DNA of 64,000 nt. Source: an uncultured delta proteobacterium (GTDB lineage: Bacteria; Desulfobacterota; Binatia; UBA9968). Location: contig CAWFJP010000005.1 in the NCBI GenBank assembly GCA_963816145.1, positions 288,001-352,000 on the forward strand. Direction: 5' to 3'. Positions 11,373-19,695 of this stretch are shown in pieces. Position numbers and translations under genes: made by a program. Below the pieces are notes generated by a model. The model was not told where the DNA came from, searched no databases, and saw nothing but the letters and a program-made list of their open reading frames with translations. Each line of letters starts with the position of its first letter. Positions within the stretch are counted from its first letter, which is position 1.

Positions 11373-12095
11373 ATGTTTACCGATAAGGTCGATTTGAAGG
11401 ACTTTGAAAAGCAGGATCCGGAATACCAGGACTTGCTCCGGCGTGTTCTGTCGATCCAGGCGGATTGTGAGATCGGCGGTCCCAATCTCTACGTGAAAGA
11501 CATTTTGCCGAATGCGCCGACCAAGCTCGATCAGCTGATCGTCGCGCGCACGGCGGCGGAAGAGATGGACCATTATCGCAAGATCGCCAAGCTTGCCGGC
11601 GATATCGGCGTCGATGTTTCCTTCGTCCTCAGCCGTCCCAATAAAGATCGCTATGTCGAGGCGTTTCGCGGTGAAATTAAAACCTGGGAAGACTACGCGG
11701 TGTTCGGTTTCTTGATCGACCGCGTCGGTCGCTTTCAGCTGGAAGAATTTATCGGATGCACTTACTTGCCGCTGGCCCGCGTGGTTGAAGATCCTGATAT
11801 GATCCGCGAAGAAGAAGGGCATATCGATTTCGGCGTCAATGCAAGCGCGGAGTGGGCGGCCAAAGGTGGTGAAACGAAAGCGAGAATTCAGAAGGCGGTC
11901 AACTACTGGTACGTCAAGGGACTCGATATGTTCGGCAACAGCAAGTCGTACCGTTCCGAACGGTACATGCATTGGGGTTTGAAGCGCCGCACCAACGCCG
12001 AGGCTCGCGCGATATACAAGGAAGAAATCGATGGCTTGCTAAAAAAAATGGATCTAGAGATTCCCGATCCAAATAAGGGCCGGCTCTATACCTAG
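11373..12095 (+). CDS. ferritin-like diiron protein, PaaA/PaaC (aryl-CoA epoxidase)-like family
   Basis: ADCE..., EEMDH, FLIDRVG, EEEGH and downstream NYWY..LDMFG match PaaA-type ligand spacing. RBS aggagg. Confidence 0.78.
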   Translation: MFTDKVDLKDFEKQDPEYQDLLRRVLSIQADCEIGGPNLYVKDILPNAPTKLDQLIVARTAAEEMDHYRKIAKLAGDIGVDVSFVLSRPNKDRYVEAFRGEIKTWEDYAVFGFLIDRVGRFQLEEFIGCTYLPLARVVEDPDMIREEEGHIDFGVNASAEWAAKGGETKARIQKAVNYWYVKGLDMFGNSKSYRSERYMHWGLKRRTNAEARAIYKEEIDGLLKKMDLEIPDPNKGRLYT

Positions 12096-12112
12096 TTCGA
12101 AGGAAAAAACTC

Positions 12113-12304
12113 ATGGAAGCAGCACCAAATACTGATGCATTGGACCAGCAGTTCAAAGAGTTCATTCAAGCATTGAAAAAAGCCGTAGGCACCGGCATTC
12201 CCCATCTCAAAGACGATCCAAAAGTCGTTGACCAGGCGATCACCGATTGCAAGGAAATCTTGGATGTGGTGATGGAGGGAAATGTCAAGGAGTGGATCTC
12301 CTAA
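12113..12304 (+). CDS. small acidic helical hypothetical protein (63 aa)
   Basis: RBS-like aagga, 17 nt after the diiron gene stop, same strand, plausible amphipathic helices. Confidence 0.65.
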   Translation: MEAAPNTDALDQQFKEFIQALKKAVGTGIPHLKDDPKVVDQAITDCKEILDVVMEGNVKEWIS

Positions 12305-12419
12305 ACATCGGTTCCTCGCTCATTTCCGACGAATTAAGCTTCATGACAAGGCGCCTGGATGGAACGGGCGCCTTTGTCGTATCTATAACCAGTAAATCTA
12401 AGCACGGGAGAACGGGACA

Positions 12420-13199
12420 TTGAACGTTATCGTATGCGGCAAGGTTATCCCCGCCAGCACGGTCACCATCGAGATCGATGCTAATACCAATCGGCTGGTC
12501 CGCAAGGGCGTACCGCACGAGCTCGATCCAGCCGCGGCGAGCGCGGTCGAAGAGGGGTTGCGCCTGACCGAAAAGCACGGCGGCACGGTGGTGCTGGTGA
12601 CCATGGGGACCAGCGATGCCACCATCGGCATTCGCAATGCTCTCGCCATGGGCGTTACTTCGGCGGTGCATATTCTCGACGACTCAGTGGCCGGCTCCGA
12701 TACCCTCGGTACGGCCAAGCTTCTCGCCGCTGCGATCAAGAAACAGGAATACGATCTGGTACTTTGCGCGACCGAAAGCGGCGACAGCTACTCCGGCATC
12801 GTCCATGGACAGATCGCCCAGCTTCTCGGACTGCCGCCGCTCACCTTCGCCAAGGAAGTCTCTGTCGAGGGCGGCAAGATCACGATCAAACGCCAGAGTG
12901 AATCGGGTTTCGATACCGTCGAGTCGACCTTGCCGGCGTTGGTGGCGTGCAGCAGCGGTATCAACGAACCGCGCTATCCGCAGTTGAAGGGCATCATGGC
13001 GGCGAAGAAAAAAGAGATCAAAGTCTACAGCGCCGCCGATCTCGGTTTGTCGCCGGATCAAGTGGGTGAAAAAGGCGCGCGCGAAAAAGTTCTAACCATT
13101 GGCCGGCCGCCCAAACGGCAAGCCGGCAAAGCGGTAACCGACGAAGGGGAAGGCGGCAAGCAGATCGCGGATTTTCTTGCTGAAATCAAGGTGATCTAA
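12420..13199 (+). CDS. etfB: electron transfer flavoprotein beta subunit
   Basis: VIVCGKVIP, ALAMG, GSDTLGTAKLLAAAI, INEPRYP.LKGIMAAKKK. TTG start. Confidence 0.92.
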   Translation: MNVIVCGKVIPASTVTIEIDANTNRLVRKGVPHELDPAAASAVEEGLRLTEKHGGTVVLVTMGTSDATIGIRNALAMGVTSAVHILDDSVAGSDTLGTAKLLAAAIKKQEYDLVLCATESGDSYSGIVHGQIAQLLGLPPLTFAKEVSVEGGKITIKRQSESGFDTVESTLPALVACSSGINEPRYPQLKGIMAAKKKEIKVYSAADLGLSPDQVGEKGAREKVLTIGRPPKRQAGKAVTDEGEGGKQIADFLAEIKVI

Positions 13200-14168
13200 G
13201 TGGCGGACACAATCTGGGTATACGCGGAAATTAGCGACGATAAGATAACCACCACGTCGTTGGAGATGTTAGCCAAGGCCGCCGAAGTCGGCAAGGCCGA
13301 GGCAGTCCTGCTCGGACCGGCGCCGGACGAAGCCGTGCAGACATTGGCGAATCACGGCGCCAGCAAGATCTTCCGCTCGGCGGACGCTGTCTACAAAGAT
13401 TATCTGACTTTGCCTGCGGCGGAGACCGTCGCGGGTTTGATTCAGGAGCATAATCCGGCGGTGATGTTGTTCGCATCGAGCTATGCTGGACGCGACTTAG
13501 TCGCCAACTTGAGCGCCCGGCTCGACTGCGGCGCGATCACCGATGTCGGTGATTTCGAGCTCAAAGACGGCAGTGTCGTTGCCAGCATTCCTGCGCTTGG
13601 CGCGAGCTATCAGAACACCAGCACATTGCTCAATCAAGGAACCAAGCTTCTAGTCGTGCGGCCGAAGTCGTTTGAACCGAAAGAAAATCAGCAAGCCCTG
13701 GCGGTAGTAGAGTTGCCGGCGGCGGCGGGCGATGGCTTGCGCAAAGTTCACATTAAAGAGCGGGTCGTCGTCAAACGTGAGGGGCCGTCGCTCGAAGGCG
13801 CCAAGATCGTCGTATCAGGTGGCCGCGGCCTCAAGGGAGAAGAGCAATTCAGCTTGCTGAAAGATCTTGCCGATGTGCTCGGCGGCGCCGTGGGCGCGAG
13901 CCGTGCCGCGGTCGATGCCGGCTGGGTGCCCTACGCCATGCAGATCGGCCAAACCGGTAAGACCGTCAAGCCGGACATTTATTTTGCAGTCGGCATTTCC
14001 GGCGCCGTGCAGCATCTCTCGGGAATGAAGACGTCCAAATACATCATCACCATCAACAAAGATCCCGATGCGCCGATTTTCCAGTACTCCGACTTCGGCG
14101 TCGTCGGCGATCTCTTCAAAATCGTGCCGCAGTTGATCGAAGAGCTGAAGAAGCGCAAAGGCGCTTAG
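13200..14168 (+). CDS. etfA: electron transfer flavoprotein alpha subunit
   Basis: [52 protein letters not shown]. Confidence 0.94.
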   Translation: MADTIWVYAEISDDKITTTSLEMLAKAAEVGKAEAVLLGPAPDEAVQTLANHGASKIFRSADAVYKDYLTLPAAETVAGLIQEHNPAVMLFASSYAGRDLVANLSARLDCGAITDVGDFELKDGSVVASIPALGASYQNTSTLLNQGTKLLVVRPKSFEPKENQQALAVVELPAAAGDGLRKVHIKERVVVKREGPSLEGAKIVVSGGRGLKGEEQFSLLKDLADVLGGAVGASRAAVDAGWVPYAMQIGQTGKTVKPDIYFAVGISGAVQHLSGMKTSKYIITINKDPDAPIFQYSDFGVVGDLFKIVPQLIEELKKRKGA

Positions 14169-14213
14169 CTTTCAGAACTATTCACCGCAAATAACGCAGA
14201 GTACGAAAAGTAA

Positions 14214-14242
14214 AGGGGCGGGTCTTGGACCCGCCTTTTTTT
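14214..14242 (+). terminator. rho-independent terminator after etfA
   Basis: ggcgggtc-ttg-gacccgcc followed by T7. Confidence 0.8.
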
Positions 14243-14280
14243 CTTGCATCGTTGTTTTTGCCAAAATACTATCGTGCTCA

Positions 14281-14811
14281 ATGGGTACCCGCGAAAAAAA
14301 ACAGCCGCTTTGCATTGTAATCGCGGGTCCGAACGGCGCGGGCAAAACTACATTTGCACGCGATTATTTACCGCGAACCGCTCGTGTCGTCCATTTTGTC
14401 AACGCTGACCTAATTGCCAGTGGACTATCGCCGCTCCGACCGGATCTAGCGGCGTTAGCCGCCGGGCGTCTCGTTCTTAAAGAAGTTGACCGTCTCGCCA
14501 AGGCCAGGAGCAATTTTTCTTTCGAAAGCACTTTGAGTGGCTTGGTTTATTTGCGTCGGTTGAAACGTTGGAAGGCGGCCGGTTACCGGATTGAGATTAT
14601 TTATCTCTATCTTTCGTCGCCTCAATTGGCGCTGCGCCGTATAACTGCGCGCGTTAAGCAGGGCGGGCACGCCGTGCCGCCGGCGGACGTGCTGCGTCGT
14701 TTTTCACGGAGCTGGGTGAACTTTCAAAACTCTTATTGTCTTTTAGCTGATGAGTGGACGGTGTATGATAACTCTGGTGATAAGCCGCGTATGTTGGCGC
14801 AACGATTATGA
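14281..14811 (+). CDS. zeta-toxin-like P-loop ATPase/kinase (COG4185-like)
   Basis: IAGPNGAGKTT Walker A, FVNADLIA, FESTLSG, RVKQGGH.VP, YDNS. Confidence 0.85.
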   Translation: MGTREKKQPLCIVIAGPNGAGKTTFARDYLPRTARVVHFVNADLIASGLSPLRPDLAALAAGRLVLKEVDRLAKARSNFSFESTLSGLVYLRRLKRWKAAGYRIEIIYLYLSSPQLALRRITARVKQGGHAVPPADVLRRFSRSWVNFQNSYCLLADEWTVYDNSGDKPRMLAQRL

Positions 14812-14966
14812 AAAAAAACGATAAGAAACCGAGTCCATCAAGGTTTTCCATTGCCGTCGGACGATCGCTGCGCCGCGCGGCCAAGGCCGCGCGCAAGACA
14901 GCGCGCATGCACGGAACTCCGATTTACTTATGGAAGGACGGTAAAGTCGTCGCTGAGAAACCGTGA
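14808..14966 (+). CDS. small basic hypothetical protein (52 aa), partner of the zeta-like ATPase
   Basis: Manual translation MKKNDKKPSPSRFSIAVGRSLRRAAKAARKTARMHGTPIYLWKDGKVVAEKP. ATGA overlap with the ATPase stop; below the ORF-track size cutoff. Confidence 0.75.
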   Translation: MKKNDKKPSPSRFSIAVGRSLRRAAKAARKTARMHGTPIYLWKDGKVVAEKP

Positions 14967-15000
14967 TAAACTCTACCGAGGCGACGGCGGCGTCAATTTG

Positions 15001-15075
15001 GCACCGCAATTGATCAAAGATATCAAAAAAGGCAAGGGCGCGTAGTAGGGGCGGGTCTAAGACCTGCCCTTTTTT
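15001..15075 (+). repeat. degenerate duplicate of the etfA 3' end and its terminator
   Basis: 15001-15045 encodes APQLIKDIKKGKGA* versus etf[15 protein letters not shown] (33/45 nt identical), followed by aggggcgggtc-taa-gacctgccc-T6, matching 14214-14242. Confidence 0.7.
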
Positions 15076-15206
15076 GTATTCGTGGACTGAGAGCGTGCGG
15101 AGATTTTTGGCGTTGCCGTAAGGTCGTTGTGCCTCCGTGTTGCTACTGGTGATTCCTCACCTCCGTGCCCAGGTCCCTGAATCTGTCGACTCTCAATTGA
15201 CTTACC

Positions 15207-15308
15207 ATCCGTCATTCCGGCGGACGCCGGAATCCAGGTTTCCTCAACGGTAGAGAAGTATCTATCGATCAAAGATACTGGATGCCGGCTTGCGCCGGCA
15301 TGACGGAT
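15207..15308. repeat. palindromic intergenic repeat, GTCATTCCGGC family (copy 2)
   Basis: atccgtcattccggcggacgccggaatcca ... tggatgccggcttgcgccggcatgacggat. Confidence 0.78.
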
Positions 15309-15329
15309 CTTCACTTCGCCTAATGGCGG

Positions 15330-15909
15330 CTAACCTTTAAGCACACCAGTAGCTCTCGCCGTGTGCGTGGCGATGGCGTCCATCAGACGCCGGCGACAGG
15401 CAGTCGTAGGGCTCCAGCTTCAACTCTTTCAGCCGCGCTCTCACGGCGCCCATGTTGGCGGGATCGGCGCCGGACTCGATGATCGACGAGACAAACGCGG
15501 CGAACTCCGGCGGCGCCCAACCTGGTTCCGAAGAAAGCTCCGTGTGGATGAAATCGAAGCCGTAGAAGGGATGCTTGGCGTTGTCGATGCGGCCGTACAT
15601 ATGCACGCCGCAGCCGCTGCAAGCGTAGCGTTTGATCGCTGCGTTGGCGTCGACGACTTTCAGCTTGTCGCCGTTGGCGGTCACCGAGAGATTGTCGCGG
15701 CTGACCACGGCGACCTGGGAAAACAGCGCACCAGCCGGTTTCCAGCATTTGGTGCAACCGCAGACATGATTGTGCGCGCATTGGCCATTGATGGTAACCG
15801 CGACTTTCTTGTCGGCGCAGCGGCACAGTAGGGTGCCACCGGCGAAATTCGCCGCAGCTGGCTTTACGCCCTGATCGACCGCTGGGTGAATCGAGATTGG
15901 GGATGTCAT
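15330..15909 (-). CDS. gfa: S-(hydroxymethyl)glutathione synthase (glutathione-dependent formaldehyde-activating enzyme), apparent 1-nt insertion near the C-terminus
   Basis: [53 protein letters not shown]. Removing one base at ~15387 restores the canonical tail [19 protein letters not shown]. Confidence 0.88.
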
Positions 15910-16088
15910 GTTGGATTCCTCCTGGCGAAATCTTGATCGATTAGTCTTAACGCAATACCGTGGATCGACGCAAGCTTGATCTTCATCGCCTGTGTTAAGT
16001 TGACGATTGTGTCGAACCAGTAGTAGAAGAGCAATGCATCGGCGCATCATAATTCCAACCGATGCATTCGTTTGCGGAGAGTTGAGTC

Positions 16089-17135
16089 ATGAAAAGATCA
16101 TTCCCCGTCATCGATGCCGACGGCCACATTCTCGAAAAGGATCACGAGCTGCGCGAGTATCTCCCGCCTGAGTTTCGCGCTGTGCCGGGGAAGCGCGAGT
16201 ATCCGTTGTTTTCCTGGGATGGCTGGGCGCGCGGTGCGCTATCGCCGACCAAGCGGGAGCATCCGAGCGTCGAGCTATGGATGCGTTTTCTCGATGCGAC
16301 GGAGATTGCGCTCACCGTTCTTTATCCTAACGAAGGACTGAATATCGGTTTGCAGCGCGATCGCGATTGGGCCGTCGGTTTGGCGCGGGCGTACAACGAC
16401 TGGCTGCATCATGATTTTCTGAGCGTCAGCCCGCGTTTCCAGGGTGTGGCGCTGTTGGCGCCCCAAGAGCCCCAGGAGGCCGCCAAAGAATTGAAACGCG
16501 CGGTGCGCGAGCGCGGCATGGTCGCCGGTATGTTGCCCGGCGTGATGAGCCCGATGAAGGGACTGGGTTTGCCGGAGTTCGATCCGATCTACGCGATGGC
16601 GGAAAAGCTCGACGTGCCGCTCGCCGTTCATAGCGGCCCGGCGGTGGAGCTGGGCTTGGAGCATATGCAATCTTTCGCCGGCGTTTATCCGCTCAGCCAT
16701 CCGTTTGCGCAGATGCAGCAATTGACCAGCATGATGATCTACGGCGTGTTCGAACGGTTCCCCAAGCTGCGCGTCGCATTCCTCGAATCTGGCTGTGGCT
16801 GGGTGCCGTATATGGCGGATCGATTGGACGAGAGCTGGGAGCACCGGCGCAACCGCTGGCCACACCCAACCAAGCGATCGCCGAGCGAGATCATGAGCGG
16901 CGGTAATTTATACTACGCTTGCGAGCGGGAAGAGCGCACCTTGGCCACGGTGGCAGATATGATCGGCGCGGGGCAGCTTTTATGGGCGTCCGATTTTCCC
17001 CACGAGAGGCCTTGGGATGAGTTCAGCGGTGATATCGATACGCTGGTTAACCGGAAGGATTTGCCGGAGGGGCTACCGCGGAAAATTTTGTTTGATAACC
17101 CCAGGCGGTTTTATAAGTTGAAACTGGACGGGTAA
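16089..17135 (+). CDS. amidohydrolase_2 family protein (ACMSD/LigW/LigJ-like TIM barrel)
   Basis: IDADGH, ARAYNDW, AVHSG, RVAFLESGCGW, ASDFPH. Confidence 0.88.
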   Translation: MKRSFPVIDADGHILEKDHELREYLPPEFRAVPGKREYPLFSWDGWARGALSPTKREHPSVELWMRFLDATEIALTVLYPNEGLNIGLQRDRDWAVGLARAYNDWLHHDFLSVSPRFQGVALLAPQEPQEAAKELKRAVRERGMVAGMLPGVMSPMKGLGLPEFDPIYAMAEKLDVPLAVHSGPAVELGLEHMQSFAGVYPLSHPFAQMQQLTSMMIYGVFERFPKLRVAFLESGCGWVPYMADRLDESWEHRRNRWPHPTKRSPSEIMSGGNLYYACEREERTLATVADMIGAGQLLWASDFPHERPWDEFSGDIDTLVNRKDLPEGLPRKILFDNPRRFYKLKLDG

Positions 17136-17140
17136 CGGAT

Positions 17141-17214
17141 CGTTCAAAGGTTCAAATGTTCAACGACAGAATCCGGATCCGACCTTGAACCCTTGAACTT
17201 TTGAACCTTGAACG
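17141..17214. repeat. (GTTCAA)n...(TTGAAC)n periodic inverted repeat
   Basis: cgttcaaaggttcaaatgttcaa ... ttgaacccttgaacttttgaaccttgaac. Confidence 0.7.
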
Positions 17215-17236
17215 GGCTTCGATACAGAGGTTAGCA

Positions 17237-18151
17237 ATGCGCGTACTGATAACCGGCGCCGGCCTAATAGGTACTCACACCGCTAAAGAGCTATTGGACC
17301 GCGGCGATGAGGTGACGTTTTTCGATTTCGCACCACGGCCGGATTATATCCGGCAAGTGACCGGCAAGGACGTGCCAGTGCTGCGCGGCGACATCCGCGA
17401 TTTAGCAGCGCTGGTGGATGCCTTTCAGACAGCGCGGCCGGAATGCGTGATTCATTTGGCCGCGTCGGTGGGCGAGGCCAATATCAACAACGTCTACACT
17501 GGGTTCCAAATAAACTTAGTCGCTGCCATCAACGTCGCCGAGGCGGTGCGCCTGGCGGGAGTGCGCAGGCTGGTGCACGCGAGCACGCAGGCGGTCTATT
17601 CCGGCGAGGATCCGAAAGAGCTGCTGCGCGAGGACTCGCCGATCGACTGCCGCGAGCGGGTGTACAATGCTTCGAAGATCGGCTGCGAACATGTGCTGCG
17701 CACCTACTCGGCGAAACACAAGATCGAGCTGGCGCTACTGCGTTTTGCCGGTGTCTACGGCTATCATTCGGTCTCCGGCGGTCCCGGTGTAGCGGTGCAG
17801 CAGGCAGTGTGGGACGCCATGGCGGGCAGGCCGGTGGTGCTCAATGTCTATGAAACCGTCGATTTCATTTATGTTAAGGATTTGGCGCACGGAATCGCCC
17901 TGGCCGTGCACACTTCGCCGTTGCCGCATAACGTGTATAACCTGGGCAGCGGCAGGTTGACGACCGTGGAAGATGTCGAAGCCTCGCTGACGGCGATCTT
18001 TCCCGGCATAAACATGAGACGGGGCAAGCTGACGCTGGCGCGCCCGCGCATGGATATCACAAGAGCGCAGACGGAATTGGGCTACAAACCGGAGTACAAG
18101 CTGGAAGCCGGACTGCGCGATTACATCGCCGAGTTGAAGAAGGGAAGTTAA
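17237..18151 (+). CDS. NAD-dependent epimerase/dehydratase (extended SDR)
   Basis: [22 protein letters not shown] (YxxxK), DFIYVKDLA. Confidence 0.85.
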   Translation: MRVLITGAGLIGTHTAKELLDRGDEVTFFDFAPRPDYIRQVTGKDVPVLRGDIRDLAALVDAFQTARPECVIHLAASVGEANINNVYTGFQINLVAAINVAEAVRLAGVRRLVHASTQAVYSGEDPKELLREDSPIDCRERVYNASKIGCEHVLRTYSAKHKIELALLRFAGVYGYHSVSGGPGVAVQQAVWDAMAGRPVVLNVYETVDFIYVKDLAHGIALAVHTSPLPHNVYNLGSGRLTTVEDVEASLTAIFPGINMRRGKLTLARPRMDITRAQTELGYKPEYKLEAGLRDYIAELKKGS

Positions 18152-18171
18152 CCACAAAGGGCATTCGGTCA

Positions 18172-18547
18172 CCCCCAGCTTCATCCTCCCCCGCATCGCG
18201 GGGGAGGAAAGAGGAGGGGGATTGGTCGCAGAGAACGCAAAGCACACAAAGGTAGGAGATTGCAATTCACCACGAAGTGTCCATGAGCTTACGCTCGTCT
18301 ACAGAGTATGAAATTGCAGCCCTCCCAGCACCACAGGGTTGCTCCCTTGATTTGTCATGCCGGCGAAGGTCGGCATCCAGGGGCGGGAGGGGATGGATAC
18401 CGGCTTTCGTCGGTATGACGGAAGCCTCATGCCAATTCGTCGCCCAGATCGTACCTGCACATGCATTTTCTGAGGAGGACACGAAGAGCACAAATTCCGA
18501 AGAATAGTTATCCGAAACCTTCGTGTCCTTCGTGATCTTCGTGGTGA
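18172..18547. repeat. mosaic of intergenic palindromic repeats (three families, one nested)
   Basis: 18172-18220 ccccc..cctcccccgc-atc-gcgggggagg..ggggg. 18266-18547 ttcaccacgaag...cttcgtggtga enclosing a GTCATGCCGGC-family palindrome at 18354-18419. Confidence 0.7.
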
Positions 18548-18580
18548 GTAAGAATTGCACAATCATAGGAGACACTCACG

Positions 18581-19636
18581 GTGAAACGAGACTTTCCGAT
18601 CATCGATGCGGACGGGCATGTCATTGAGGACGTCCAGCAGTTGCGCGAGTTTTTGCCCGGCTCGTACCAGAAGGAAGCGGGCAAACGCGAGTACGTGTTG
18701 TTGCCGCGCGACGGTTGGATGCGCGGCGCGCTGACGCCGCGCAAGCGCGAAGATCCCGATCCGAAACGCTGGATCAGCTTTCTCGACGCCTGCGGCATAT
18801 CGACCACAGTGCTGTACACCAGCGCCGGTCTGAGCATCGGTCTGGTTCATGATAGCGACTGGGCCGTGGTCGTGGCGCGGGCCTACAATGACTGGTTGCA
18901 TGAGCATTTTCTCCGTGTCAGTCCGCGCTTCAAAGGCGTGGCGCTGCTGGCGGTGCAGGAGCCGGCCGAGGCGGCCAAAGAGCTTGAGCGCTGCGTGCGC
19001 GACCTTGGCATGGTCGGTGGCATGCTGGCGGCGGTGATGAATCCCATGCGCGGCTTCGGCTTGCCTCAGTTCGATCCGATCTTCGCAGCGGCGGAGCATT
19101 TGAACGTGCCGCTCGGCGTCCACGCCGGTTCTGCCGCCGAGTTGGGGCTCGATCATTTCACCAGTTTTGCCGGCGTCTATCCCTTGAGCCATCCGTTCGC
19201 CCAGATGCAGCAGCTGACCAGCATGATGATTCACGGCGTCTTCGAGCGCTTCCCGAAGCTGCGCGTGGCGTTTCTTGAGTCCGGCTGCGGCTGGGTTCCC
19301 TATTTGATGGACCGTCTCGAAGAGAGTTACGAGCATCGCTACAATCGTTGGCCCTACAAAGCCAAGAAATCGCCGCGCGAAATCATGCGCGGCGGCAATC
19401 TTTACTATTCCTGCGAAGTCGGCGAGTCAACATTGAGCTCGGTGGCAGCATTGATGGGCAGCAGCCAAATAATCTGGCCCTCGGATTTTCCCCATGAGCG
19501 GCCATGGGACGAGTTCTCCGGCGACCTCGACCGATTCATCGCCCGCGAGGATTTGACCGGGAGCGCGACGAGGCAGATTCTGCTCGACAACCCGTGCCGG
19601 CTGTATGGGCTCAAGCCCGAAGAACTGGCTAGATGA
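18581..19636 (+). CDS. amidohydrolase_2 family protein, close paralog of 16089-17135
   Basis: IDADGH, SFAGVYPLSHPFAQMQQLTSMMI, SDFPHERPWDEFSGD shared with the upstream copy. RBS aggag. Confidence 0.88.
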   Translation: MKRDFPIIDADGHVIEDVQQLREFLPGSYQKEAGKREYVLLPRDGWMRGALTPRKREDPDPKRWISFLDACGISTTVLYTSAGLSIGLVHDSDWAVVVARAYNDWLHEHFLRVSPRFKGVALLAVQEPAEAAKELERCVRDLGMVGGMLAAVMNPMRGFGLPQFDPIFAAAEHLNVPLGVHAGSAAELGLDHFTSFAGVYPLSHPFAQMQQLTSMMIHGVFERFPKLRVAFLESGCGWVPYLMDRLEESYEHRYNRWPYKAKKSPREIMRGGNLYYSCEVGESTLSSVAALMGSSQIIWPSDFPHERPWDEFSGDLDRFIAREDLTGSATRQILLDNPCRLYGLKPEELAR

Positions 19637-19695
19637 ATTCCGAATTAGAGAATTAACCGCAAAGAGCGCAAAATGCGCAAAAAGGAAATGCACCC

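Noticed and set aside
14851-15045. 64-aa ORF from the track as a real gene
   Set aside because: It overlaps the better-supported 52-aa ORF in another frame; only its last 14 codons are meaningful, as the etfA-end duplicate.
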